From the NCBI GenBank assembly GCA_002104905.1, contig MCFE01000277.1, positions 1 through 64,000 of the forward strand: a DNA stretch of 64,000 bases, in the 5' to 3' direction. The DNA is from Basidiobolus meristosporus CBS 931.73 (taxonomy: Eukaryota; Fungi; Basidiobolomycota). Positions 10,717 to 24,528 of the stretch are shown here, one piece after another; position 1 is the first letter of the stretch; each line of letters opens with the position of its first letter. A program made the translations under genes and the position numbers. The notes beneath the pieces are model-generated. The model worked only from the letters and a program-made list of their open reading frames with translations. It was not told the origin of the DNA and did not search any database.

Positions 10717-13336
10717 CCCTATGGAAAATTATTGTCATGATCCCATCCAAAGGCTGTAGCAAATTCAAAGTTCTGTGACTAAGAGGTATTGATCTCATCA
10801 AGACTGCTTTAACTTTTCCTGATGCACTGCCTGGTCTTTCACCACTACTTTGTCTGAGTGTTTCTTGTAATGATCCATGTTTTCTTCTTGATAGATGCTG
10901 CTCTGATGCATCTGTTTTGGCTTACTTGTCCTTGCTGTCACTCTGCAGGCAACCTGACGCTTCTTTCCTGCTTGTTTTAGGCTCTCAGTGCAAGCTGTAA
11001 CTAGCTCCTGAGGTAGCTGCTTGTTACTATCACTACCATGTCCTTCACTCCTGCTTTAACTGAGTGATTCATGAGTAGAACTATGCTTTTTTCTTGGAAA
11101 ATGCTGTGTTGGTACATATGTGTCCGCCTGCTTTTCCCTTATTGGGCACTCTTCTAGCTACTTAATACCTCCTCAATGCTGGTTTGGAGCTTTTGGCCAT
11201 GCTTTTCACAGGCTTTTCAGAAGGCCGCTGGTTTTTAGTCATTGCGCCTTTGTTCATCAGCCCTTGATTAATTTTGCTATTCTTGCAATACTTTCTTAGT
11301 ATACCAATGCTGACCCACAATCAGTTTGCTTATTTGAATCCAGGATAATACTAAAAGAACAAGTCAAGCATGTTCTGCTGGCCTTGAGCTTGTGATTGTC
11401 CCATGGTATGCTAGCCCTAAGGTGTTGGCATGCTAGACTTCTAACTGCCTGCTGAATATGAGCCCACTCTTCATCATTGCACTTAATGGCTTCTCCAATC
11501 CTTATTGTATTTTAATTATTAGGCTTTAGTACAAACACTTGAATCTCTCCCTCCCATGTTGTGACAGGTTTCTCTGTAGGCTTTACCTTGGGTGCTGTTG
11601 TTGTGCTTCAAAGACTGTACAGTGTCCCTCTGCTGCTACATCAGGAAATGACTTAATTTTTGGTTGTGACATTGAGCAACTTGAGTTCCTTCTTTGCAGC
11701 AAAGATACTGCTTTCTCTACTAGGGAAATTGATTGCTCTACACCTTTTATCAACTCATCCTGTTTCTGGAGTACCTTTTGACTTCTTGAGGTCAATGGAT
11801 CCATCCTATCAGCCACTGCCTCAAATGCGTTGTTAAGGCATTTTATGAGCTGAGATCATTCTTGCTAATACAGGTGGGGGTGATATTGTGATGGCCACTT
11901 GCTGGTCTTCAACTGAAGGTTCTGCTTCTGCTACATTCTCATCTGCTTCAGCAATATGGTCAGCTTGCAGCTCTGCAGAGATTCCCTATTGCCTAATTAA
12001 CTGAGAGCCTGAGGAGTCTGCATTATTCCCTTCTGTGAGCACAATATCCACAGTGCTTTTTTTTGTTGTAGCCCTGCTTGTTGCACTGAATGTCAAAGCA
12101 AGTTGTTACCCAACAGTTCTTCTGCTGCTGTTGGTGGCTGGGTTTGGTAGGGAACCAGACAACTTTGCTTGATTTTTTGGTGGCATATATATGGAAGTGA
12201 GTCAAACCAAAGGGAAAATGGTGTTACATATACATGTGTATGTGGGCATTACTACATCCCAATCTCATCAGCAACATAACCTTCAAGTCATTCATGGATA
12301 TGAAGAGTTGGCACATGGAGGACAGCCAGGAGGAGTAGGAAAATACTGAGGACAAATGTGCACTTAGAGACACCTATTCCTATGGCATCAAGAAGCTAAG
12401 CCGCCTCAACATGTGAGTATTCACTTTAGTATTGCAATATGAGGTTGGGTGCCACAAGCAACTAATTTCTATTAGGGAAGTCCTACTAAGGTATGCCATA
12501 TTTCTCATGGCCACAAGCCAATTTCTACACCATTCAATGCAGAATTCACATCAACAAGAGCCAGAGTTCACCTATAAGGGGGACTAGAATTTGGCAGGGA
12601 GAAAGAATATATTGGTAATACTAAAAAGTTTGTTGCAATATTCAGGAGATACTCATGGCTTAAGTGGTGGCAACCAAGCATATGTTTGCAAGATATGTAT
12701 ATTACAAGCAATAAAAGGTACATGTCAACTTTCAAGTATCACATTAAAAAGCCGTAAAGTAGAGATTATAGAAGTATGTCAATTGCAGCAGGTGTGCATA
12801 TTAGTAAAGGCTAGTAAATAAGAGGCTATATTTTTTTGACTTTACTATCTGTGGAATACCCAAAGTAGTAGTGTGTAAGCAAATAAAGTAGGGCAATTCT
12901 ACTGTGGAATATATGAATGAACAAGGTAATGCTATTTGGGAAATTAGTACAGTAGCTGTGTACAGAAATAGCTGTAGGCTGCCATGCTGCCACAATAATG
13001 CTATTAGAGGCTTGCAATGATGATGTCAAAAAGCCTCAAGTTTCTTGTCATATAAGGCAATTGCATGTAATGGCCAGTTAGACCACTCAAATAGTTGCAG
13101 AGAGCGCCAAGACTGCAACAATGCCATGCCACCCTTACAAAATATTGGACAAAAACTGTTTTTTTTTTGACTTTACCTTGCTGTAAAATTAGCCAAATGC
13201 CCATTAAGATCCCCTCATATGATTGTGTAGATGGTCATTAATATTCAGCTGCTGATATTGTCATGATCTCCTGAAGGGATCTTGACAACTGATCCAGATC
13301 AGATCCAACCACAGAACCAAATTATTTTTCATAGGG
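10717..13336 (+). mobile_element. Non-autonomous CMC (CACTA/EnSpm-like) element, both ends present (2620 bp)
   Basis: Left end CCCTATGGAAAATTATT, right end AATTATTTTTCATAGGG, with 2-bp TSD TT. Contains ORF2 relic on - (10750-12040) and the transposase C-terminal part on + (12250-13000). Confidence 0.78.
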
Positions 13337-14214
13337 TTTCTGCAGCATCCAATATAGAATTCCCATCATGAAAAGCTAGAGTGCTCCTAGAAGGGAGACT
13401 AGAGTCAAGCAGGGAGCAGGAGTATATTGGCTAAGCTTCAAGGAGTTAGATATTCAGATGGTAATCATGGTACAAGTGGCAGCAACCTAGCATATATTTG
13501 CAAACACACTCATTGTCACAGTCTGGCATATGTGTATGTAGGTATCACAGTATGTTCAGTTGCAGTTCAGCACATGACTGTCTTAACTTCACCCCTACCA
13601 GTACTTGCAAGTGCATTTTCAGCTTTTGACTGAGCTTGAATGAGGAAGTCAGGTGCAATGACCAATTGGTCATATGTACTTGCACAGATTAATAAAGCAA
13701 TAGACAAGAGTCCAAGTAATGAGATAACCCTTATGACAAACACATTGGTCCCACTGGTTGATTCATTCTGAACCACCCATTAGCAAAACAAAATGATGCC
13801 ATTATACTGTCAGCTGCTTAGAATTCTTGATTTTTTTTAGATCGTATACAGGATAGTGGCAGAGTCTTGCTGTTTTAACTGCAAAATAACAATATGCTTT
13901 CGACAAGGTGTTGAGAGTTTGCTATGCTGGCAAGGCATTAGAATAGACTTAATGCAGACTTCTATTAGTATTATCAGCATAGTGTGGTGGCCAAAAGCCA
14001 GTCTTGTACAATGTAGCTGTACCAATTTGCCATGCAGTGTTTAACTGTGTACCACTTCTTGTGACATTTATATATTCACATTTAGGATTATGTCTCCTGA
14101 TACGGCCACCCACTATTACCAGGGGTATTGCACACATACTTCAAACAAAAGTTAGCTAAAGCCACATACTTACTAGACACTTCATATGCACATAGCAGCA
14201 GCAATTATTACACA

Positions 14215-14581
14215 TGATGTGATCTAACACTTGAATATTATGCTAGATCAGTGTTTAGTCAAATCAATTAGTTTTATGCTTAGCCTATCAGTATAGCATT
14301 CTTATTCATCAAATCAGTAGTATTATTCAGTAGATGAATCAGCAGATCCTTGTCAGACAGAAATCAATATAGTAAGCAAGATCCAAATAGATGATGATGA
14401 TATAATCAAATGAGTTGTAAGCCATAACCTTCATTAGGAAATACAATTGGTCAGCAATTTTCTGGAAGAATGTATATAAGGAGCTGCTGGAACCTCAGTA
14501 AAAATCAGTTCAAGCTGTAGCAATTACAATAATAGCTAGACTCCTAGTTCCTCGGCAACTCTTACATCAAGACTGATGACA
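14215..14581 (+). repeat. Solo LTR, family A (367 bp)
   Basis: TGATGTGATC...GATGACA aligns end to end with the A LTRs. Flanks CACA/CACC look like a degenerate 4-bp TSD. Confidence 0.85.
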
Positions 14582-15211
14582 CACCTCCATCATCACAACT
14601 TAACAGATTTTCAGTGTAATATTTGCAAAGATGCCATATAGCTTGTATGCTGGTAATATTTATGTCTTGCATGCACATAGTGAGTGACAGCACCTCTGCC
14701 AGGAATAACTTTTAAACATCTGCAAAATACTTCAGGTACTTGGCCAGTTTATTTCTTATCCCACTTAGATTCAAGCCCTCCCTAAAGGTGTCCACTGGTG
14801 CTTGTTTTTGTGCATTTTGTGATCAAAGGTGTAGAAGTTGACTTATACCCAGAAAGACCAAGCACCTTACGCTAAGTTTGTTACAACACAAATAAAAACT
14901 TGTTGTCTCTAGCCCAATATTGCCTTTCTTGACTGATGGTTTATTAAGGATGTACTATTCCCATACAAACAATTTAAATGTAACCGTAAAAATTTTATTT
15001 GGTATATGTTGTAAGAACTGTATTTCTCTAGTGGAGCAACCTAAACACTCAGGAGTAAATATATTCAACAGGACAATTATCAACCATGGTGAGGGCATAA
15101 GCTCTGCATAAGCAGAGATAATTAAATATGTAAGAGAACATAAAAATTCTCCTGTAACACAAATACATCAATCAAATTTCACAAATAATATAAATTACTT
15201 TCTAATGGAAT

Positions 15212-15680
15212 AAACATGCTCCATTCTACCATGCCAGGGTGTGCAGCACAATCTGCAGCTGTTAGCAATGTTCAGGTGTGACACCATAGCTAGCAGTAGG
15301 CAAGATTGCTATTGAACAATTTTGCACTATGTGGGACAGTCTTGCACATTACAGCACAGTCTGACTCAATGAGGTTGGCAACAATAGTGGCTCTAACTTG
15401 TAATGTTTGCATCATAGGTGCAATCAGATCACACTGTTATAGCAGGTAAAATCCAGTATTGGATATGATTCTTTGATGTAATTCAAAATAAATGCATATT
15501 ACTATACAAACTTCACTAACACTTACCATTTTGGCTACCATCACACCATTTGGGTGTCAGAAAGTGATCAGTTTAAAAGTATCCTGAAGCTATGAGCCTA
15601 CCATTGGTTCTTTGGCCAATACAGAAGCTACCTGAGCTGCCATCAAGTATCCTATTTTGCCACTCAGTAAGTAAATCCCT
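15212..15680 (+). mobile_element. Left-end fragment of the Harbinger-like family
   Basis: AAT-AAACATGCTCCATT, then colinear with H1 6831-7310. Cut by a CMC terminus at 15681. Confidence 0.8.
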
Positions 15681-16048
15681 CCCTATGACAAATAATTTGG
15701 TCATACAGTAGATCCAATCTGGATCAGCTATCAGGATCCTGCTTGTAGACCATCCTAATACCAGCAGCTTGGAGTTAGTGACCCTCTCAACAATTCTGAA
15801 GCAGGATCATAACAGCATTTGGCTAATTTTACTGCCAAATAAAATTAGAAAACTGGATGGGGTTGAATCAGTGCTGAAGCAATAATTGAGTGGCGTTGTT
15901 GTGGCATTGATGTGCTCTACAACTATTCTAAATGGATCTAACCAGCCAGTACGTCCAGTTGCCTTATATGGCAAAAAGCTTGATGGTGTTTTGATGGCCT
16001 TATTGCTAGTCGCCAATGGCTTTATTGCAGCATCATTGTGGCTTACAG
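15681..16048 (-). mobile_element. CMC right-terminal fragment
   Basis: CCCTATGACAAATAATTTGG...GATCCAATCTGGATCAGC, colinear with 41237-41580. Confidence 0.75.
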
Positions 16049-16368
16049 TGTTATGAATAGACACACAGCAGGAGAGTAGAGCTGGGCAAAGCATGACTAG
16101 GAAAGTACATAGGTGTGGATCAACAAGGCAAGGCAGATTTCCAAGTCAAGGTTGCTTATTCAAGACCTGCGTTTATCAGACTAAGGAATAAATATGGGGG
16201 ATAGGACTAAATATACTTTTTGGTAATATGGATGCCACAAGATATTGGCTAATACTGGTGGGGCTCTAGGGTAAGCCACAGTGAGTGTGCCAAGATAGAA
16301 ATACACTAAAGAACAAACTAGAATATCAAATGGGGATATGTCAAGGTTCACCTGATCATGAGACCTGG
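16049..16368. repeat. Truncated family B LTR fused to gypsy pol
   Basis: TGTTATGAATAGACAC... is the reverse complement of the 3' part of 2173-2701. Joins family A RNase H sequence at 16369. Confidence 0.8.
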
Positions 16369-18979
16369 TCAAGGCAACAGGATAGTCCTTTCCCTTGTGT
16401 TCTTGGCTCTACACTCCACTAATTGCATAATCTGAAGCATCTGTGCACAGAGTGAACTCTTTTCTGAAGTTTGGTATTCTTAAGCCTGGCAGCTTAGCAA
16501 GCTCATTCTTGAGCATCTGAAATGCAGTCTCACAGGCTATGTCCCACTTGTAGGTGTTGTCTTCCTTGAGGATATCAGTTAAAGGGGCTGCAATACTTGC
16601 AAAGGACTTGACAAATCTCCAATAATAGGATGCCATTCCAAGGAACAATCTGAGTTCTGATATGCTATGGGGCTGCTTCAAATTCTTGATAACTTCAACC
16701 TTCTTAGAGTCTAAGGTCACTCCTGTGCTAGTCACTATGTGCCCCAGATATTCAACATGTTCCTTGAAGAATTCACACTTGGCTAGCTTTCCATATAGCT
16801 TGTTCTCTCTTAGCTTCTTCAAGACCTTTTCAATGTGCACCAAGTGATCCTCTATTGTCTTGCTGTATATCAGTACATCATCTAGGTAGATTATGACAAA
16901 CTTGTCTAAGTACTCCTTGAAGACAGTCTGCATCAGGGTCATGAATGTTGCAGGGGCATTGGTGAGGCCAAAACTCAAGACTGAGTACTTGTAATGTCCA
17001 TATCTGGTCCTAAATGCTGTCTTAGGGTTGTCTGCTGGCTTCACCCTAATCTGGTTGTATCCTGACATGAGGTCAATTTTGCTGAAAATAGTGGCTGCAT
17101 TGAGTTGTTCCAAAAGCTCATCAATACAAGGTATGGGGTACTTATTCTTCATGGTAACTGATCTGAGGGCTCTTTAGTCAATGCATGTTCCAGGTGTTCA
17201 ATCCTTCTTTTTCACAAAAAGCACTGGTACTCCTCAAGGTGACTTGCTGGGTCTGATGTATCCTTGCTCCAATAGCTGATCAATTTGTCTCTCCATTTCC
17301 TCCAATTCCAATGAACTCATTCTGTAAGGTGTCTTGCTCACTGAAGGGCTATCTCCTGTGTCAATGGCATGATCCATGTCTCTAACTGGTGGTAGGCTTT
17401 CAAGCTCATCTGGAAACACATCTGAATATTTCTTCAAGAGAGTCTGGACCTGCTGGGGTGCTGGGGTAGAGAAATCCTCCTGTAATACCACCATGAGGAC
17501 CATCTGGGTACCTTTCTAAAAGCTCTACAGAACTGGGTTGTGCTAATTCACTTGTCTCACACATACTGGAATTGACCAAGTTGAAATCCTGCCTTGCAGG
17601 TAATAGCTATAGGTCTTGTTGTCCTTTTGGATCTGAGTAGCATGGGTTCTCAAGTTGATTGAGGGATTACAACAAAATAGCCAGGTTTTTCCAAGTACAA
17701 GGTCAAACTTGCAGTTCCCAAGTATATAAGCCTGTAGGTCTTCTTCATAGTCATTGATCTTCATTCTTACTGGCTGGATAATACGGTTGATTATGTGAGA
17801 GTTCCCATCAGCTGTGGAGACTGAAGTTGATTTGGTAGGTTCCAAGTTGATTCCAGCTTTCAAGGCAAATTGTTCTGACATGTATTCATGTGATGCTCCT
17901 GAGTCAATCATGATCTTGGCAGGTACTCCATTGATTACTCCATTTAAGTACAATAACATCCCTGAGTTTGAGGTCATTTGGGCCAAGTACTCTTCTGTCA
18001 TATGGAAGGTGAGTTCCATGTCTTCTTCAAGCTCATCTTCCACATTTCTGTATTCATGGGACTCAATATGGTTGAAGGTTCTTGTTGGCTGGTGTCCATT
18101 TTTTCTCTGAGGGCAGTACTTTGCAATATGTCCCTGCTGGTGGCAATTGATGCAAAGTCCTTTCTTCTTATATTCTTCTGAGGTAGGATTCTTCTGCCTA
18201 GCATCTATTTCTATTGACACTGATTCTGATTGTCTACTTTCATAGTGATTGTAGCCTCTCTGATTAGTCATTGTGGGCTTCCCAACTCCAAACATAGCTC
18301 AGTCATAGACAATGGCAATCTTGATTGCTTCTTCAATAGTCTGAGGTCTTCAATAATTCACTTCCTTGCGAGTTCCTTCTTTCAACCATCAATAAAGTAT
18401 TCAACTTAATCCAGGGGGTCCATTCTTTCAATTTGTCCAACTAGACATCTGTACTCATAGATATATTCTTGAACCATTCCTTTCTGTCTGACTGTCTTTT
18501 ACTTCCTTCTCAGTAGTGTCTGCTGGTGTGGAGGTTCAAAAGCATTCTGAATTTCCAACACAAACTCATCCCAGGTAGAGATTATAGAGCATCCCATCAT
18601 AGTAGCTGACCTGATCTTGTTGTGGTACCACTGTAAAGCTGCATCTGGCAGGTAAGAGGTGGCATCATGTAACTTGCTTTCTGGAGCAATTCCCTTAGCC
18701 TTAAAAGTTTCTTCAATCTGTAAGAGCTAAGTTCCCAGGTTTTCATTGACTTTACCATGGTACCAGTTGGCCCTCACACTAAAGTTGCTCTTGACAGGGC
18801 CTTGCAGGCTCTGAGCCATGGTAGTCATTCCTTGTTGCTGTTGGCTGAGGATCTGCAGTAACTGTTGCTGTTGGGCCAGAATTTGCTGCATGGCATTCTT
18901 CTATTCTTGATTATCCAACATCTTGAGGGTTGTTTCTTCTTTCTTCAGGAGAAAGGTTTCTGGTTATTACTGCTACCAA

Positions 18980-19343
18980 TGTTACAAGTCTTAGTATAAG
19001 AGTTGTAGAGGAATAGGGAGTTTAGCTAGTATTGTATTCACTAAAACTTGAACTGGTCTTTATTGTGGTTCCAGCAGCTCCTTATGTACATTTTGCCAGA
19101 TCAATTGCTGACTAATTGTATTTCCTAATGTAGGCTGTGGCTGATGACTCATTTGATCACATCATCATCACCCAATAAGATCCTACTTAATATATCTATT
19201 TCTGTCTGATAAGGATCTACTGATTAATTTGCTGACTCATGCTACTGATTTGAAAGCTAATACTGATATACTGATAGGCTAACCATATAAATAGTTGATT
19301 AAAAACAGACCTAACCTAAACATTGAAGCAGTAAATCATAACA
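18980..19343 (-). repeat. Central shared LTR (family A)
   Basis: Left flank is the PBS (CTGCTACCAA = rc TTGGTAGCAG). Right flank is the PPT (TTCTCCCCTACT = rc AGTAGGGGAGAA). Confidence 0.9.
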
Positions 19344-20953
19344 TTCTCCCCTACTAAAGTTGAGAGGGTTCTCCTGAATCTCTTTCCTTATGATACCAAT
19401 ATATTGTGGTTCAGTATGATCTGCAAGTCTTGCAAGCTTGAGAATGTCCCTATGCACTAAGTATTCCTGGATATTGCCTTGTTTGTCCATTAGTTGGTAA
19501 GTTGCAAATAGACATTCTTTGATGATCTTGAATGGTCCTGTCTGTTGTGGCTCAAACTTCCTCCAAGTGCTGTTTCTTAGCAATACAAAATTCCCATCTG
19601 TCAATGCTTCTGGTGCTATAGTCTTGTCAAATCTCTGCTTCATCTTTTCTGCACTTTGAGATGCTTTGTTCTGTGCCCCTTGACATCTTTGTTTCAGCTG
19701 CCGGTGTTTACTTGGCTGACTGAGCTCATCTTCTAAGGTGTCTGTAAGCTTTGGTTGTGTGAGATCTCCTGGAATCCTTGGTTCACATCCATACACTAAG
19801 TAAAATGGCAATTGTTGGGTGGTGTTGTATACTCTAACTCTGCATGCAATGAGTCCTTGGTCTATATACTCATCCCATCTACTGACAGCTCCATTTGCAT
19901 ACTTGGTCACCATTTTTCCAAATAATCCATTAAACTGTGCAGTGACTTCATTAGTTCTGGGGTGATATGCCAAGGTTTTCAAGTGTTTGATTGACTGCAT
20001 TTCCAGGTAAGCTTCCAATGTCTTTGCCATAAAGTTTGCTCCTCTATGGGATAGAATCTCCACAGGGCATCCAGACTTCATAAGCATCTCATGGTAGACA
20101 AAACTTGCAACTTCTTGTTTACTGGCTACAGGTACTGCTTTAGCCACTAGCCATTTTGTGGCCTGGTCAAATGCTACTAGAATTCAAAGGTTGCATTTCC
20201 TGGTAGTTGGCAGTCTTCCAATGAAGTTAATTCCCCATCTTTCAGATGGTCTTACTGGCTCCAAGGGAAAGAGTTTGGCAATTTCTTGTGGCTGGCCTTG
20301 ATTGATTTGGCAGTTTGGCAGGTTTTAACTGGCTTCTCAATGTCATGTTTCAATCTGGGCCACCATGCTCTGGCTCTCACAAGGCAATAGGTTCCTTCAA
20401 TCCCAAGATGACCATATCCATTGTGTAGCTTATATATTAAATCCAGGCAAGCAACATAAGGGCAATAGGCAATAGGGCTTCCAACAACAATTTGGTAGAG
20501 TGCTTCATCCTGTACTACAAATTTGCTAGCTTCCAAATTGAGTTGTGCAACTTGTTCTACTCTTGATAAGGCATCAGAAACTGTGTTGTTTTTTCCAGGG
20601 CAGTAGACAATCTCCAATTCAAATAGATGAATGTATTCACTCCATTGTGACATTCTTCTAGAAATTACCTTCTGAATAAGTATATACTTGAGCAAGGCAT
20701 GATCAGTCTTCATGATGCATTTGAATCCTTCAATATAGCATATCCATTTCTTCAGACAGTGTATTATAGCAAGCATCTCCTTCTCATGCACTGCATAGTT
20801 GTTTTCTGCTGAGTTCAGTTTCTTGGATTCAAAGGCAAATAGGTAGTTCTTTCCCTTGTGTTCTTGGCTCAGCACTCCACCAATTGCATAGTCTGAAGCA
20901 TCTGTGCACAGAGTAAACTCTTTCCTGAAGTCAGGTATTCTTAAGCTTAGCAG

Positions 20954-21300
20954 TGTTGAAATATTAGAGAGATATACTGGAAGTTAATTGGAGAATTAGA
21001 AGATTTACATAATATTCACTTGTTATTTTATTGAGTTACAACACAGTATTTACACTTGTTGCAGAACTACATGAATGTAACTATTGGTACCTGTTAGGTG
21101 AGTCCTAGGAGTACATGTGCCAAGTTTCAGCTCATTTGGACAAGTTTCAAATTTTCCTAAAACTCTGTACTTCTCTGATTCCTAATAATTAGCATATATC
21201 TTACAAACTAATTTCTAAGTTAATAATCTGAGATACATCACTTAACTTAGTGCTAGTTCATAATATATTAATAATTAGGTAGATTCCTAATTTTTCAACA
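20954..21300. mobile_element. Solo LTR, family C (347 bp), inserted in A3 pol
   Basis: TGTTGAAA...TTTCAACA with TSD AGCAG/GGCAG. pol is continuous across it. Confidence 0.85.
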
Positions 21301-22766
21301 GGCAGCTTAGCAAGGTCATTCTTGAGTGTCTGGAAGGCAGTCTCACAAGCTATGTCCCTCTTGTAGGTATAGTCTTTCTTGAGGATATAAGTTAAAGGGG
21401 CTGCAATACTTGCAAATGACTTGACAAATCCCCAATAATAGGAAACCATTCCAAGGAATGATCAAAGTTCTGATATGATATGGGGCTGCTTCAAATTCTT
21501 GATAACTTCAACCTTCTTAGGATCCAAGGTCACTCCTGTGCTAGTCACTATGTGTCCCAGATATTCAGCATGTTCCTTGAAGAATTCACACTTGGGTAGC
21601 TTGCCATAAAGCTTGTTCTCTCTTAGCTTCTTCAAGACCTTTTCAATGTGCATGATGTGATCCTCTTTTGTCTTGCTGTGTATGAATATATCATCTAGGT
21701 AGATTATCACAAACTTGTCTAAGTACTCCTGGAAGACTGACTGCATCAGGGTCATGAATGTTGCAGGGGCATTGGTGAGGCCAAAATGCAAGACTGAGCA
21801 CTTATAATGTCCATAACTGGCCCTGAATGCTGTCTTAATGATGTCTTCTGGCTTCACCTTAATCTGCTTGTATCCTGATATGAGGTCAATCTTGCTGAAA
21901 AAGTGGCTCCATTGAGTTGGTCCAAAATCTGATCAATCCAGGTTATGGGGTACTTATTCTTTACTGTAACTGAGAAAAGGGCTCTGTAGTCCATGCACAT
22001 CACAAGCATTGCATCCTTCTTCTTCACAAAAAGTGCCGGTGCTGCCCAAGGTGACTTGCTAGGTCTGATATATTCTTTCTGAATAACTGATCTATTGGTC
22101 TCTTCATCTATTCCAACTCCAATTAAATTATTGTGTAAGGTGTTGTACTCACTGGAGGGCTATCTCCCATGTCAATGGCATGATCCATGCCTCTGACTGG
22201 TGTTAGGCTTACAAGTTCATCTGGAAATACGTCTGAATATTCCTTCAAATGAGTCTGGACATTCTGTGGTACTTAAGTAGAGGAATCCTCATGTAATACT
22301 ACCATGAGGAACATCTGTCTGCCTTTTCCAAGTGCTGAACAGAGCTGGGTCTTGCTAAGTGTGCTTGTTTCACACACACTGGAATTGACCAAGTTGAAAT
22401 CCAGTCTGGCAGGTAATAGCTCATAGGCCTTGTTGTCCTTCTGGGTGTGAGTAGCATGAGTTCCCCAGTTGATGGATAGATTACAATAAAATAGCCAGGT
22501 TTCCCAGGTACAAGGTCCAACTTGCAGTTTTCAAATACATGGGTGGGTAGATCTTTGTCATAGTCATTGATTTTCATCCTTACTGGCTGAGTAATATGGT
22601 TGATTATGTGAAAGTTCCCATCAGCTGTTGAGACTGAAATTCATTCTGTGTGTTCCAAGTTGATTCCAGCTTTTAACGCAATTGCTCTGACATGAGCTCA
22701 TGCAATGCTCCTGAGTCAATCATGATCTTGACAGATACTCCAATGATTACTCCATTCAAATATAAT

Positions 22767-23500
22767 AGACTTGTTCCGTTGGATAGTGGCACATTGAGCC
22801 ATGAGTGCCAAACAATGCCATAGTGTGCCAGAGAGGCCAATTGAGCCTCAACCTGGCCACAGAGTGTGAAACATAGCTCTGCATCTTCATGAAAAGCAGC
22901 CCTTGTGTTTCACCCATTGCGCAGGAGAAAATCCATTTTTTGACCTTTTTTTTTGGATCAATGTTGTGCAGGATGTATTAGAGCACAAGCAGATTGAAGA
23001 TATGCATCTGGTACTCAATACCCATGGCACTCTGAATCTAGCTCCTGTAGCTTGTATCATGTCACAAAAATGAATGGTACTATGTTGGTCCACTGGTACT
23101 ATCTGGCACTATAAGTGCTTTGTATAGATCTTACTTTAGGGCTAATATTTAAATATAGTGCCAGATAGTACCAGTGGACCAAGATAGTGCCATTCATTTT
23201 TGTGACATGATACAAGCTACAGGAGCTAGATTCAGAGTGCCATGGGTATTGAGTACCAGATGCATATCTTCAGTTCTCCTGTGCTCTTACACATCCTGAG
23301 CTACATTGATCCACAAAAAAAGGTCAAAAAATGGATTTTCTCCTGCGCAATGGGTGAAACACAGGGGCTGCTTTACATGAAGATGCAGAGCTATGTTTCA
23401 CACTCTGTGGCCAAGTATAGGCTCACTTGACCTCTCTGGCACACTATGGCATCATTTGGCACTCATGGCTCAATGTGCCACTATCCAACGGAACAAGTCT
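22767..23500. mobile_element. Fold-back MITE of the Harbinger-like family (734 bp)
   Basis: 347-bp inverted arms (22767-23113, 23154-23500) with a 40-nt loop. TIR AGACTTGTTCCGTTGG, TSD AAT. Inserted just upstream of the A3 protease motif. Confidence 0.93.
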
Positions 23501-24528
23501 AATAGCTTTTCTGAGTTTGAGGTCATCTGGGACAGGTCTTCTTCTGTCATATGGAAGGAGAGTTCCAAGTTTTCCTCAAGTTCATCCTCCATGTTACTTT
23601 GCTCAAGGGCTTCAATACAGTTGAAGGTTCTTGATGGCTGGTGTCCATTTCTTCTCTGAGGGCAGTACTTTTCAATATGTCCCTGCTGGTGGCAATTGAA
23701 GCAAGGTCCTTTCTTCTCACATTCCTCTGAGGTAGGGTTTGTCTGCATTACATCTATCTCCATTGACACTGATTCTGATTGTCTACTTTCATAGTGATTG
23801 TAACCTCTCTGATTAGTCATTGTGGGCTTCCCAACTCCAAACATAGCTGAGTCATAGTCAATGGCAATCTTGATGGCTTCTTCAATAGTTTGAGGTCTTT
23901 AATAACTCACTTCCTTACAAGTTATTTCTTTCAACCCATCAGTAAAGTATTCAACTTGATCCTGAGGGTTCATTCTTTCAATTTGTCCAAGTAGACATCA
24001 ATATTGATAGATGTACTCTTGAAACACTCCATTCTGTCTGAGTGTCTTCAGCTTCTTCTGAGTAGAGTCTTTTGGTGTGGGGGCGCAACGGCATTCTGAA
24101 TTTCCAACACAAACTCATCCCAGGTAGAGATTGTAGAGCATCCCATCATGGTGGCTGACCTGATCTTGTTGTGGTACCACTGTAAAGCTGCATCTAGCAG
24201 GTAAGAGGCTCCATAATTTAACTTGCTTTCTGGAGCAATTCCCTTAGCCTTGAAAGCTTCTTCAATCTGGAAGAGCCAAGTTCCCAGGTATTCATTGACT
24301 CTACCATGGTACCAGTTGACATTCACACTAAAGTTGCTCTTGACAGGGCTTTGCTGGCTTTGGGCCATGGTAGTCATTCCTTTTTGCTGCTAGCTAAGGA
24401 TCTGGAGTAACTGTTGCTGTTGGGCCAGGATTTGCTGCATAGCATTCTTCCATTCTTGATTTTTGGACATCTTGAGGGAGGCTTCTTCTTTGTTGAGGAG
24501 GGAGGTTTCTGGTTATTGCTGCTACCAT

